From positions 270,855-334,854 of the forward strand of contig JAXLZV010000001.1 in the NCBI GenBank assembly GCA_046350755.1: DNA of 64,000 nucleotides, read 5' to 3'. The number at the start of each line of letters is the position of its first letter. Within the stretch, counting starts at the first letter, position 1. A model generated the notes under the pieces. It was not told the DNA's origin. It saw only the letters and a program-made list of their open reading frames with translations, and searched no databases. Source of the DNA: Candidatus Saccharimonadota bacterium (GTDB taxonomy: Bacteria > Patescibacteriota > Saccharimonadia > CAILAD01 > GCA-016700035). This document shows positions 41,940 through 52,463 of the stretch, piece after piece. A program made the position numbers and the translations under genes.

Positions 41940-42215
41940 ATGTCGACGCTACAAGGGTGCCTGCTCGGTTCGGCGCTATTCATAGCCGGCGTAGTGGCAA
42001 TCGTGTACGGTACTCGCAAAAGCCTGAATGCCTCCGAGTTGATGGTCGAGGATACGATCCGCATCTTGCGCGACCGGCCAGACATCATCGATCTCGATAC
42101 CGATCAGAGCTTTCATTCGCACCGAGCAATCGAACACACGTGGCTGATCGTCGCCATTCTCGGCATCATCTGTGCCATCTGCGGCGGCGGGCTCTTTTTC
42201 GCCTTCGCCTTCTAA
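41940..42215 (+). CDS. Two-TM orphan (cassette gene)
   Basis: SD GAGG; terminator ~42222-42258. Confidence 0.6.
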   Translation: MSTLQGCLLGSALFIAGVVAIVYGTRKSLNASELMVEDTIRILRDRPDIIDLDTDQSFHSHRAIEHTWLIVAILGIICAICGGGLFFAFAF

Positions 42216-42266
42216 CCACAAACCGACCCAAGAGTAATCTTGGGTCGGTCTCTATTTATCTGGATA

Positions 42267-43466
42267 TTAGTAGATGTAGCGGAATGTACTGGCTGGTACT
42301 GTGCGGGTCGAAACCCGATTCCAGCCACCATTGTAGTTCATCTCGGAAACCGTTACCGATCCCCCATTCACGCTCTCCACGTAGGCAACGTGACCAAAGC
42401 CTCCCCAACCGCCCGAGGTCTGGGCTATGGCACCCGGGCGGGGTGACGAGCCAACGGAGTAGCCTGAGGCGATAGCATTGTAGTACCACTGGCTGGCATT
42501 ACCCCAGTTTGACGGGACCCGACGGCGACCGGCCACATAGTAGGTACAGTACCCGTATGAATAGCCGTTCGCTCCATAGCTCGCGCTAAACGTTGGACGG
42601 CTCTTTGGCGTGGCTGCTGCCACCGCAACGCTACTTTTAACCGGTGCTGGCGCTGCTGGCTGCGGCTTCACACCATCAGGGATGATTAGCTTCTGACCGG
42701 CCGTCAGTGGCTTGCCTTCAAGCTGGTTATAGCTATCGATGAGGTTAGCATTTGACTGGAAGCGACTAGCCAGCTCCTCAAGCGTTTCATTACCCGCGGC
42801 TGCATACATCAGACCATTAACTGGCAAGATCATGAGCTGGGTACCTGGCTTTAAGACTGCATCAGCTTCGAGGTTATTCGCCCACAGCACGGTGTCGGTA
42901 GTGACGCCGAATTTTTGCGCGATGGTTGAGGCAGTATCACCGTTGACCACCACGTAATTGGTGACACTACGACTGGCTGTGCCGCCGCTAGCGATCGGGG
43001 CGCGCTTCGTCAAGAACGACTCACCAGTCGTGGCTAACTTAGCTTGTGATGCCACGCTATTAGCGCGCTCTTTCACGTCTGACGCTATCAATGAACTACT
43101 TTGTTCAGCGAGTACGGCACCAGCAGCCAACATGGTTGACTGGTCTTCGGCGGCGGCCCCTAAACCACGCGGCTTAGCGCCCGTTAGGCTTTCAGCCTGT
43201 ATTTTACCGGCCCCAACAATAAAGATAGCACCTGCGGCTACCAGAACGTGGGAAGCGAGACGCCAAGCGCCTCCGGATTGTATTGATTGTTGAATTTTTG
43301 CCACGAGTCGGATATCCGACTGGGCTTCACGTTGATTCTCTGCGTTTGGGAGAGTATTTGGCGTGTTTGTATGAGAAGAAGTCTGTGCGACACCAACACC
43401 GGCTGGAGCGAAACGCTTCAGTGATGATGGAAGGCTCTGGCTTATTCTACGAATACAGCGCTCCAT
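42267..43466 (-). CDS. LysM x2 + CHAP peptidoglycan hydrolase
   Basis: YVVVNGDT, GYCTYYV, WGNA, GHVAYVE, SEMNY; start uncertain. Confidence 0.9.
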   Translation of the reverse strand: MERCIRRISQSLPSSLKRFAPAGVGVAQTSSHTNTPNTLPNAENQREAQSDIRLVAKIQQSIQSGGAWRLASHVLVAAGAIFIVGAGKIQAESLTGAKPRGLGAAAEDQSTMLAAGAVLAEQSSSLIASDVKERANSVASQAKLATTGESFLTKRAPIASGGTASRSVTNYVVVNGDTASTIAQKFGVTTDTVLWANNLEADAVLKPGTQLMILPVNGLMYAAAGNETLEELASRFQSNANLIDSYNQLEGKPLTAGQKLIIPDGVKPQPAAPAPVKSSVAVAAATPKSRPTFSASYGANGYSYGYCTYYVAGRRRVPSNWGNASQWYYNAIASGYSVGSSPRPGAIAQTSGGWGGFGHVAYVESVNGGSVTVSEMNYNGGWNRVSTRTVPASTFRYIY

Positions 43467-43780
43467 CGCTTGCAGCTGACAGTGATATGTGTATCTGTTG
43501 GGATGTCATATACTCGCTGTTTATCAAGCTTATTACTATCGGGCTCATCGGTCTCTGCTCTTATGAACAGACTGAAGGGCAATCGACCTTTATTATTACG
43601 TGTATTTGCCTTCTTATCAGATGAGCTGACAGGAGTTTTGAAAGCAACATGAGGGTTTCTAAGAAGTGTCAGATGAACAATCATCAGTGTCTCCGGCCTC
43701 AGGCTTTCAAAAGCTACGTTGGAATACTAGCAGAGGGGTCTGGGTAGTGTCAAACGGCTTACCCTATCTGGTGAACAGGT

Positions 43781-44899
43781 CTATTTGAGATACTTCTCAA
43801 TATTCTGCATATGCTCGGCATAGGTTTTGGCAAAGTAGACTTTCTTATCCTTGCCACCGATGAAATAGATGTAATCATTTGAAGTGGCACAGATGGTTGA
43901 GGTGATCGCGTCGAGACTCGGATTATTGGTCGGCGTCGGTGGTAAGCCCCTAGCCTTATACGTATTGTAAGGTGAGTCAATCGTCAGATCCTTGGCGGTC
44001 GGTACGGTTTTTCCCGTCACATAGTTAATCGTCGGGTCACTCTCAAGCCGCAAACTGGCCGCCAATCGATTGTAGAATACGCCGGCGATCGCCGCGCGAT
44101 CTTCACTCCGACTTGCCTCCTTTTCAACCATCGAGGCTAAGGTGAGCCGCTGATAAGGGGTCAGTTTGGCAGTGTACGGATGTGGCGTGCAAGTTAAGGC
44201 ACCTTTCGCTTGAGTCAGCAGTGGCAACGCCGAGTCCTCAAAATTCTTCAGCATCTTAGCTGCGAGCACGTCAGCACCATCCGTCTTGAGCACCGTATAG
44301 CTATCAGGCGCAAACAGCCCTTCGGGGTTAGCCGTTCCGGCGGGCGCACCAAGAGCTATCAACAAACGCTGGGCATCGGGCTGAGTGGTCGCAACAGTCG
44401 CAAAATTTTTCCCGGCAAAATCTGAGTCAGCTGCTAAGGTCTCGCTGATCTGTTGAATAGTTTTGCCTTCGGCAATCGTAACTTGACGCGAGGCCAACTT
44501 TCCTGCCGCCAAATAGTCAATAATCTCAACTGTCGACATGCTCGGCTTGAGCTGGTAAGGTCCAGGTTTGAGCTGGCCACGAGCCGGCCCGATACGAGCG
44601 TACAAACGGAAGGCAAAGGCGTCCCGAATGATTTGCTTACTAGCCAACTCACGCGATATTTCATCGACCGACATACCCTGTTTGATAGTTACCAAGGTTG
44701 AGTTAGTTGAGTTGCTAACTGGTACATTGATTGAATAGCTTAACCAAATGCCAAAACTCACTACTGCCAATAATAAGGCGACCAGACCAAGAAAACCGAG
44801 CTTCATCGCCCGTTTACGCTTATCGACTCGATTTACCGTGTGAATAGCGTGGCTCGAACCGAGATTGTTCTGCTTTGGCCATTTCCCCCTCGCCGCCAT
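43781..44899 (-). CDS. mltG: Endolytic transglycosylase MltG
   Basis: LASMVEKEA, FYNRL, SPYNTY..GLPPTP. Confidence 0.93.
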   Translation of the reverse strand: MAARGKWPKQNNLGSSHAIHTVNRVDKRKRAMKLGFLGLVALLLAVVSFGIWLSYSINVPVSNSTNSTLVTIKQGMSVDEISRELASKQIIRDAFAFRLYARIGPARGQLKPGPYQLKPSMSTVEIIDYLAAGKLASRQVTIAEGKTIQQISETLAADSDFAGKNFATVATTQPDAQRLLIALGAPAGTANPEGLFAPDSYTVLKTDGADVLAAKMLKNFEDSALPLLTQAKGALTCTPHPYTAKLTPYQRLTLASMVEKEASRSEDRAAIAGVFYNRLAASLRLESDPTINYVTGKTVPTAKDLTIDSPYNTYKARGLPPTPTNNPSLDAITSTICATSNDYIYFIGGKDKKVYFAKTYAEHMQNIEKYLK

Positions 44900-45333
44900 T
44901 AGACCATGCTCCGCATGTAATCATCGAGTAATACGGCCGCCGCCAAAGCATCCAGCTGTCGCTTTTCCTCATCTCGACTGGCCTTCCCTAATTGAGCCCG
45001 AGCGCGCTCAGAGGTCGAAAATTCATCAAAGAGTATCACGTGCAAGCCAGATTCATCTGCCAGCTCTCCAGCAAACTCACGCGCCTTGCGAGTTTGAGCC
45101 GTATCATTACCGTTAATGTCTCGCGGCAAGCCAACCACCACCGTCTCAGCATCATACTGCTGAGCGAATTGCAGAATCTGAGTCATCACTGATGGTCCAG
45201 CTGGAAATACGCCGAGTGGCTCGGCTTCGATGCTATCGGCTGGCTTCAAAGCTATCCCTACCCTAACGTCGCCAGTATCAACACCAATCAATGGCTGACT
45301 GACTGCCAGCTCGATGTGGTCGGCCCCCTTCAT
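44899..45333 (-). CDS. ruvX: YqgF/RuvX nuclease
   Basis: GVDTGDVRVGIA, VVGLP, DEFSTS, DALAA. Confidence 0.92.
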   Translation of the reverse strand: MKGADHIELAVSQPLIGVDTGDVRVGIALKPADSIEAEPLGVFPAGPSVMTQILQFAQQYDAETVVVGLPRDINGNDTAQTRKAREFAGELADESGLHVILFDEFSTSERARAQLGKASRDEEKRQLDALAAAVLLDDYMRSMV

Positions 45334-46889
45334 TTTGAGACCGATATTTCGACCTTGATATTTTGTGGCGGAACCGGCATATTCGGCACCAGCGGCCAGG
45401 CATCGACCGTTGCGCCTGAGACATTCGGATACTGCTTAGCGATATCCGATACATCCTTCTTCGGCTTACCAGCCACTTGCTTAGCAAGCGCTTCTTTATC
45501 GATTGGCTGGCCGATATAGGCGACCGTGGTCAAGCTATAGGTAAAGGTACCATTAGTATTTTTTATCAGCTTGTAGGTCGCTTGATCAAGGCCCGGGTCG
45601 AGTACCTGAGAGCCGTTTTTGAGGCTGTCAGCCAGAGACTTCGTTACGACTTTTTCCAGATCGGCCCTATCAACGACTAAGACACTATATTTAGCCTTCA
45701 CCGTAACGGTGGCATTGGTGGCCTCTGCCCCTACCGGCGGGTTGCTTGATTGAGTGACGACCGTCGCGGTCAGAGTCTCATCAAGGACCTTTTGCTCTTC
45801 AGTCGCTTTTTCGCGCAATTCATTGAGCGCCTGGGGTCTACTGCCATCAACGAGAGCTTTGACAGCCCCGTCTAGATCAGTCTGGCTGACGACCTTAATG
45901 ACCTTAGAAACACCTCCTGAAGTCGTTCCCGTCGCGGTTACTTTTGCATAACTGCCAACCGTGAACGTAGCGTTCGAAAAGTTATAACTATCACCGTTCT
46001 CCGCAGCCGTTACTGCTGCCGAACCAGTCCCCGCCTTCGAGCAGCTCCCTCCTGAGAATTTTGCACCTGTAACTGCGGTCGAGGTAGTTGTAGTGAACTT
46101 CTTGCCAGCCGTTGACACGACTGAGCCAGCTGGCAGCGTAAAGTCTTCACTCTCAGAACAGTTTGAGATGCTGAGCGTGCCGGTGGCTTTTGCGCCGACA
46201 TCCTTTTGCCCGGTCGACTCAATACTTTGCGAGAGATCCTTAGTGGTTTCCAGCGCTCGGGCTGGCACATCGCCAGAGCCAGTACTCGTCACAACAAACG
46301 TCGTCGAGACATCACGCCGATCAGCCGCCGCCTGCACCCTAACTGTCGCCGTCTGCACAAAAGAGGACATCAGCCACATGAAGAGGAGAAAGCCAAGCAG
46401 ACCGGCACCCGCCCAAATCCAGACTTTAAAGCGATCGTAATTTGGGATCTTGCCACGACTATTCTTTTTCGACTTTTTACTTTTCTTGCGGGCTGTTTGC
46501 GGCTCATCAAACCGCTGAACCGGCACATCGTCATTGCGTGGCTCATCCCGAGCAATCGGTGGCACGATGGCAGCTTGAGTAACTGACTTAGGCTCTGGGT
46601 CCGCCTCTGGCACTTTAGCTTCAGCTTTCACGTTTTTAGCCACTAGTAGACCGACTTTCCCAGCTAGGGCTGTGGCGTGCTTGTCGGCCGTAACTAGCAC
46701 CAGTTCTTTATCAGATGATTTCGCAGCTTTCTTAAGCAATTTGAGATTGACGATACTCTGCAGAAACGGCGAACGGGCAGGCACAACAATGCGCACCTCA
46801 TCACCAGCGGCTTTCTTCAGCTTCTCAATTGCTTCGGTGATCTCAGCATCATGCTCGAGATAAATAATATTGTCTTCGTGGTCTGCCAT
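45330..46889 (-). CDS. Membrane protein with baseplate J/gp47-like domain
   Basis: IIYLE..AEIT N-terminus, one TM, KATGTL...AAENGDSYN. Confidence 0.65.
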   Translation of the reverse strand: MADHEDNIIYLEHDAEITEAIEKLKKAAGDEVRIVVPARSPFLQSIVNLKLLKKAAKSSDKELVLVTADKHATALAGKVGLLVAKNVKAEAKVPEADPEPKSVTQAAIVPPIARDEPRNDDVPVQRFDEPQTARKKSKKSKKNSRGKIPNYDRFKVWIWAGAGLLGFLLFMWLMSSFVQTATVRVQAAADRRDVSTTFVVTSTGSGDVPARALETTKDLSQSIESTGQKDVGAKATGTLSISNCSESEDFTLPAGSVVSTAGKKFTTTTSTAVTGAKFSGGSCSKAGTGSAAVTAAENGDSYNFSNATFTVGSYAKVTATGTTSGGVSKVIKVVSQTDLDGAVKALVDGSRPQALNELREKATEEQKVLDETLTATVVTQSSNPPVGAEATNATVTVKAKYSVLVVDRADLEKVVTKSLADSLKNGSQVLDPGLDQATYKLIKNTNGTFTYSLTTVAYIGQPIDKEALAKQVAGKPKKDVSDIAKQYPNVSGATVDAWPLVPNMPVPPQNIKVEISVSK

Positions 46890-47002
46890 AAGAGTATTCG
46901 TTTTCTAGTATACCTTATAGGAAGAGCTTACAAAACAGTCCTGAAGAAATGATGAAGGCCCACAATCCCGAAGGAGAGTGGACCTTATTTGTTCGTGTGA
47001 GC

Positions 47003-47317
47003 TCATGCAGACATGGAAGCGTTGCTCCGCTGGCTGATGTGGTCATCAATGTTTCTCATGACCTGACCAACAGCAAATGCGAAGCACCACATTACGATGG
47101 CGAGCAAGACGCCCGCTACAGCCTGTTCGTTTGACGCCAGCTCAAAGCAGGCGAAACCGACTGCCACATAACCAGGGGCCAGGAAGAACCATGGTACGCC
47201 ACGCGAGAGAGCATGCTCACCCGTGGCGAACGCCAGGGCACACGTGAGGATCGCCAGGATATTGGCGAAGAGGTACACCAGAACGCACAGAAGCACGATC
47301 AGCATATGAGTACTCAT
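47003..47317 (-). CDS. Orphan membrane protein (cassette gene)
   Basis: Three TMs; TTGACA(47381-86)-17-TATAAT(47358-63); GTTCCT 47336-41; hairpin ~46956-46987. Confidence 0.65.
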   Translation of the reverse strand: MSTHMLIVLLCVLVYLFANILAILTCALAFATGEHALSRGVPWFFLAPGYVAVGFACFELASNEQAVAGVLLAIVMWCFAFAVGQVMRNIDDHISQRSNASMSA

Positions 47318-47404
47318 CTGTAACCAATCTGTTGGAGGAACATAAACGAACCTGGTTATTATACCTTAAAGCTTATGCTTTGTCAAGTATAACGAGGGCA
47401 ATTA

Positions 47405-48706
47405 TCAGATAGACAGCGTGCGACTGAGGCGCTGGAGGATCTGCTCGCCGGCTGGTTCGGAACCAACGATATCGAGCGCGAGGTTCGCGAGACCCATTGG
47501 CGTGATGTCCTGCGGACTCGTCAGGCGGCCGGTGTGATCGACGACGCGATTCACATCCGCCGGGGCGACAAAATCAATCTTCGGTTTGCGAGCGAAAGGC
47601 AGGTCCTTATACCAGCCGGCGGTCAGTAGAGCTTCTTTAATCTCCGGCAGAGCCGAGCCGCCACCACAGAGCAAGATGCGATTCGGCAAATGATCGAGCT
47701 CATCAAACTCCGACAGCGACAGCTCTACGCCCGACAACCAGACGTCAACGTCACGCGCCAGCGCTTCAGCCACTTCTTTCTCCTGGGCTTTATTCAGCTT
47801 CCCGGCTGAATGGTGCAACTTGAGCTCTTCGGCTTCTTCAAAGCTGACACTCAAGCTCTGGCCGATGCGCTTCGTAAAACTACGTCCACCGATTGCGAAC
47901 ATCTTCGTGCCAACCACGCCACCATTATTCACCACCGCGATGTCGGACGTGCCACCACCGATATCAATGAAAATCGCTGAAAACTCAGTCGAATCGTCCG
48001 CACCGACGCTCTTCGCGACGGCAAACGGCTCAGCGGCTATATTAATGAGGTTAAGATCCAGATCGCGGGCGACCGACTGTAAAGCACCAAGATGCACCAT
48101 TGGCGCAAAGGCCGTAAAAACCGCGATCGACACATCTCGCCCCTGGAAGCCAACTGGGTTTGTCACCCGATAGCCGTCAATCTCGACATCAACCACGGCG
48201 GCATTGACCAGCTTGACCTGGACGTCCTCGGAGCCGGTCTCCCAAGCTAACTGATCACGGACTTTTTCAAAAGCCGTGCGCTGCACGCGCTCGATGATGT
48301 CCTTCAGCTCCACCATATCAATCTGTACTTCCGGCCGCGCTCGGCGATAACTCACCGTCGTGCTCATTCCCTTCACCAGCTCGCCAGCGATACCAATTAC
48401 TGTATTACGAGCCACTACGCCCGCCATCGCCTCAGCTTCACGGAGCGCCTTATCGCAATTCTCAACCACGCCAGCAATATCCGTCACGGCACCGTTGGCC
48501 ATATCAGTAAGTCGTTGATGCGCCCGGGCCGCGCCAATAATTTCGACATGACTACCCTTTACTTCGCCGATCAAAGCTTTGACGTACTCCGTACCGATAT
48601 CGAGCGAAACGATATACGGATCAGCCGCAACTTTCGCCGCTCGTGATTTCTGACCACGACCAGGAAGCTTCGGCAGCTTGGGGATTTTTGGAAGCTTGAG
48701 CGCCAT
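47405..48706 (-). CDS. ftsA: FtsA-like actin-fold ATPase
   Basis: LDIGTEYVK, AEPFA, IDIGGGTSD, LCGGGS. Confidence 0.8.
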   Translation of the reverse strand: MALKLPKIPKLPKLPGRGQKSRAAKVAADPYIVSLDIGTEYVKALIGEVKGSHVEIIGAARAHQRLTDMANGAVTDIAGVVENCDKALREAEAMAGVVARNTVIGIAGELVKGMSTTVSYRRARPEVQIDMVELKDIIERVQRTAFEKVRDQLAWETGSEDVQVKLVNAAVVDVEIDGYRVTNPVGFQGRDVSIAVFTAFAPMVHLGALQSVARDLDLNLINIAAEPFAVAKSVGADDSTEFSAIFIDIGGGTSDIAVVNNGGVVGTKMFAIGGRSFTKRIGQSLSVSFEEAEELKLHHSAGKLNKAQEKEVAEALARDVDVWLSGVELSLSEFDELDHLPNRILLCGGGSALPEIKEALLTAGWYKDLPFARKPKIDFVAPADVNRVVDHTGRLTSPQDITPMGLANLALDIVGSEPAGEQILQRLSRTLSI

Positions 48707-48805
48707 ACGCATTCATTCTAGCAGATTTTGGCCCCCCCTTGCGCTTTTGCCCAGATGTCGGTAACCTGTCAAGCGGTACCTTCACTCTGACCGAAAGGTA
48801 ATTAC

Positions 48806-49651
48806 ATGCCTGAGATGTATGACGCAAGCGATCCACCCGTCGTCCGCGAAGTTAAGGCCCTGCTGTGGGCAGTAGCTGCAGTGCTGCTCGGCTGGTGGTT
48901 GCAGTACATCAAATATCGCTGGCCACGATCCAAGTCAATCGTGAACCAAGTGCCGAACGCGATGTCGGTTTTTCGCATTCCCGTCTCCCCAGTTGTTGCC
49001 GTCATGTTGTCGATCTCCATCTGGGAGGGCAACACGACTGCCGCCTGGTGGTGGTTTGTAGCCGTCGTCGGACTGATCATCCTCGATGGTCTGGATGGGC
49101 CGTTGGCGCGTCAGCTCGACGCGGTCTCCGACTTCGGGAAGGCCATCGATCCAGCTGCCGACAAGGTACTCATCCTGTCGCTAGCCATCGCCTACTCGGT
49201 CCTGGTCATGCATTTTCAGGGCCTTGGAGTGTTCATCCCGCTCGTCGTGGCGCTCAGTTGGGCGATCTGGGTCGAGATCAAACTCGTCATGATTGCCCGC
49301 GATACAGATCGACTGGTCAAACTACTTGGCAATGTTGATTTGCCGGGTGCGAATGTGTTCGGCAAGATAAAGTTCAGCATCCAAGCGCTGTCATTCTTGC
49401 TGGCCTACGCCCTGATGATCACCATGCCAGCTGATCCAGTTGGTGGTTTGTGGCTGACGGTCAGCATGATCGTGGCGCGTTTCTTCGCCGACAAGAGCCT
49501 CGGACGCCACCGTCAAGACGTGTGGGAGTTCGAGAACCTGGCACGTCATCGGCATCTGCCAGTTCCGGCCGCAACCACGGTCCGCGAGCTGGTTCTCTTG
49601 CCCTTTACCCGCAAGGAAAAGTCCACCGAGTCCGGCCAATCAGCCGCCTGA
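48806..49651 (+). CDS. CDP-alcohol phosphatidyltransferase (cassette gene)
   Basis: PNAMSVFR; DGLDGPLAR...GKAIDPAAD signature; TTGCGC-17-TAACCT; GTACCT 48776-81; SD GAAAGG. Confidence 0.92.
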   Translation: MPEMYDASDPPVVREVKALLWAVAAVLLGWWLQYIKYRWPRSKSIVNQVPNAMSVFRIPVSPVVAVMLSISIWEGNTTAAWWWFVAVVGLIILDGLDGPLARQLDAVSDFGKAIDPAADKVLILSLAIAYSVLVMHFQGLGVFIPLVVALSWAIWVEIKLVMIARDTDRLVKLLGNVDLPGANVFGKIKFSIQALSFLLAYALMITMPADPVGGLWLTVSMIVARFFADKSLGRHRQDVWEFENLARHRHLPVPAATTVRELVLLPFTRKEKSTESGQSAA

Positions 49652-49668
49652 AATCAGGAGGAAGCACA

Positions 49669-49827
49669 TTGCAGAAGGTCAAGAAACTCATCATCGCCAG
49701 CCTGGCGACCATCGGGGCCCTCGTCGTTGGCGTCATTGTCGCGACGATTGGCTCCGGAGTCGCCCAGGGCTGGGGTCAGCCGGCTCCGTCGCTCGAAAGG
49801 GACTTCGATCCGCCATGGCCGCACTGA
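49669..49827 (+). CDS. Small single-TM protein
   Basis: TTG start after AGGAGG; LIIASLATIGALVVGVIVA. Confidence 0.55.
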   Translation: MQKVKKLIIASLATIGALVVGVIVATIGSGVAQGWGQPAPSLERDFDPPWPH

Positions 49828-50156
49828 AACAACCCTTCATACCCGGGAGTGCTCTGACACTCCGCGAAGGAGACTGGATTGTCGTCTCGCGATGGACTGG
49901 CGTCGAAGAGATCATCGACATCGAGCGAATCGATACTGAGCCTTTCAACTTCCAGCGTCGTGGCGTCGCAGTCATGACTGAAACAGGATATCGTCAGGTG
50001 TTCAGCCCGACTGAGCAGATCTATCGACAGCCTGGCAAAGGTTCACGGCGTAACCCGCCGCCAGCTGGTGATCGTGAACCGCGTGTCGCGGCACCGTCCA
50101 GCGGTTCAGATAGCCGAGTCATCGAAGCATCGGCCGTTGAGGTTGGTGCTCCATGA
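49815..50156 (+). CDS. Hypothetical protein
   Basis: Overlapping start in cassette operon; SH3-like LREGD pattern. Confidence 0.55.
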   Translation: MAALKQPFIPGSALTLREGDWIVVSRWTGVEEIIDIERIDTEPFNFQRRGVAVMTETGYRQVFSPTEQIYRQPGKGSRRNPPPAGDREPRVAAPSSGSDSRVIEASAVEVGAP

Positions 50157-50380
50157 CCGAAGTGCAGCAGCATACCAAGCTCGACGACAAACTCGTCTCA
50201 GCCCTGGTGTACGGCGATATCGTCAACCCTCAAGGACACCATGTCATGCAGACTGATGTTTTCTACACGCCAGGTAGACTCTCCACAGTCTACCTCTCGA
50301 ATGGTGACACCATGCTGCTCGGCCACGCCGATAAGCTGCCGTTCTACGGCAACATCATGCGGCGACACACAGCAAATTGA
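50153..50380 (+). CDS. Hypothetical protein
   Basis: ATGA overlap; followed by terminator ~50395-50424. Confidence 0.55.
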   Translation: MTEVQQHTKLDDKLVSALVYGDIVNPQGHHVMQTDVFYTPGRLSTVYLSNGDTMLLGHADKLPFYGNIMRRHTAN

Positions 50381-50426
50381 GCTCAGCTTGAGCCGGCCTC
50401 TCCACATCTGTGGGGAGGCTTTTTAA

Positions 50427-52337
50427 TTATTCGAGCACGGCCTTGATACGGCGGACACCAGCCGAGGAGCTTTCTTCCTTCAGGATGCGGAATTTACCAA
50501 GCTCACCGGTGTGTGGCACATGTGGTCCACCACAGATCTCACGACTGTACCAATCGCCGTCATTATGACCGACCGTATAAACCTTCACGATGTCCGGATA
50601 TTTTTCACCAAAAGCACCGAGCGCGCCAGCTGCAAAAGCCTCGTCCTTGCCCATCTCGACAAAGCTGACCGGTAAATCTCGACGAATGACGTCATTCACG
50701 ATCCGCTCGACTTCAGCGATTTGCTCAGGGGTCATCTTTTCGTGGTGAGAAAAATCAAACCGCAGGCGTTCGGGTGTGATATTGCTTCCCCGTTGCATCA
50801 CATGATCGCCAAGTACATTGCGTAGGGCGCGGTACATCAAATGGGTAGCCGTATGATAAGCGATAGTTTTCGTCGAATGATCCGCCAGACCGCCCTTAAA
50901 TTGCCCAGCTGTCGCAGTACGAGACCGATCTTTCTGCTCATTGAGCAAGCGATCATATTCGGCCTGCCAATGTTCATCGACTGGCACATTTTCCTTGGCG
51001 GCCTCCTCGAGGCTCAGCTCGGCCGGAAAGCCATAGGTGTCCGATAGCTGAAAGATCAACTTGCCCGTGAGCGCGGTGCGCTTACCGGTCGCAACTGGTG
51101 GACGCTGCGAAAAGTCCAGCTCCGACGTCCGTTTCTCAAACTCCTTCAAGCCCCGCTCCAGCGTCTTGCGAAACTGCTCTTCCTCACCCGTCAGCACTGC
51201 CATGACTTCCTCGGCCCGCTCAACGACTTCGGGATAATCATCTTTATAGATATCAACAACTACTGGTACAATCGCCGCCATCAGGCCGGTCTCTATACCA
51301 AGCTCTAATCCGCGCCGAATCGCCCGCCGCGCCATCCGCCGCAGCACATAGCCTTGAGCTGTATTACTTGGCCGTACACCGTCGACCGCCATAAAGCTCA
51401 CACTGCGCAAGTGATCAGCAATCACACGCATCGCCGCTTCATTCCCTTCATAACGAACATTCGTGAGTAAAACTAACTGATCAATGATTGGCCACAACAG
51501 ATCCGTCCGAAAGACATCGGGTGAGTCAAGGACCGCTGCCGCCAAGCGCTCGAGACCCCCACCGAAGTCGATGTTCTTGTGACGTAATTGATCAAAACCA
51601 GTATCAGTTTTGATGTACTGCATAAAGACATTGTTACCGATCTCCATGAAGCGACCAGAGTCACTCGCCGGATGTGGCTCCCCATAGCTTGCGTCATGAT
51701 GCTCAGGCCCGAAGTCATAGAACATCTCACTGTCCGGTCCACCAGGCTCACCGACAGGCATCGCCGCTGGCACGCCAGCCCGACTCCACCAGTTTTCTTT
51801 GGCGTCGTAGTAAAAAATTCGTCCACCTTGCATACCGTCACGATCACCATTTTCAGCCGAACCAATCTCGACGACTTTCGCTTCAACACCGGCCGATGCA
51901 AACAGCTCCTGCCAAAGCATAGCTGCTTCTTCATCGCGAGGGATGCCGAGTGATACATCACCAGCAAAGCAGCTGACATACAACTTGTTTGGATCCAACC
52001 GAAGTTCAACAGTGAGAAATTCCCACATCCAACGAATTTGCTCAGTCTTAAAGTAGTCACCCAGTGACCAGTTACCAAGCATTTCAAAAAAGGTTGTATG
52101 ACGATTATCACCTACATCATCGATATCCTGAGCCCGTACACAGGTTTGTGAATTAGCTAAACGCGTACCTTTGGGATGCGGCTCACCCAAGAGATATGGC
52201 ACCATTGGCTGCATACCCGAGCCGGTGAACAGTGTCGTCGGGTCTCCATCGGGGACAATATTGGCACGCGGCACCAGGACATGCCCTTGGCGCTGCATAA
52301 ACTCTAAGTATTTTCTTCGAACTTCTTGGGCCTTCAT
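50427..52337 (-). CDS. alaS: Alanine--tRNA ligase (no C-Ala domain)
   Basis: HTTFFEMLGNWS, DFGGGLER, HTATHL, CGGPH, GVRRIKA at the C-terminus. Confidence 0.97.
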   Translation of the reverse strand: MKAQEVRRKYLEFMQRQGHVLVPRANIVPDGDPTTLFTGSGMQPMVPYLLGEPHPKGTRLANSQTCVRAQDIDDVGDNRHTTFFEMLGNWSLGDYFKTEQIRWMWEFLTVELRLDPNKLYVSCFAGDVSLGIPRDEEAAMLWQELFASAGVEAKVVEIGSAENGDRDGMQGGRIFYYDAKENWWSRAGVPAAMPVGEPGGPDSEMFYDFGPEHHDASYGEPHPASDSGRFMEIGNNVFMQYIKTDTGFDQLRHKNIDFGGGLERLAAAVLDSPDVFRTDLLWPIIDQLVLLTNVRYEGNEAAMRVIADHLRSVSFMAVDGVRPSNTAQGYVLRRMARRAIRRGLELGIETGLMAAIVPVVVDIYKDDYPEVVERAEEVMAVLTGEEEQFRKTLERGLKEFEKRTSELDFSQRPPVATGKRTALTGKLIFQLSDTYGFPAELSLEEAAKENVPVDEHWQAEYDRLLNEQKDRSRTATAGQFKGGLADHSTKTIAYHTATHLMYRALRNVLGDHVMQRGSNITPERLRFDFSHHEKMTPEQIAEVERIVNDVIRRDLPVSFVEMGKDEAFAAGALGAFGEKYPDIVKVYTVGHNDGDWYSREICGGPHVPHTGELGKFRILKEESSSAGVRRIKAVLE

Positions 52338-52463
52338 ATCTGTTGATTATACCTGATATGAGGGGTTTTGTGGAGGATTTTACTATTGACAAATAGCTTA
52401 TGCTATGCTACAATATACAGGTTTCGCAAGACCGCGAAATCCCCCAGAACCTTGGAGAACATC

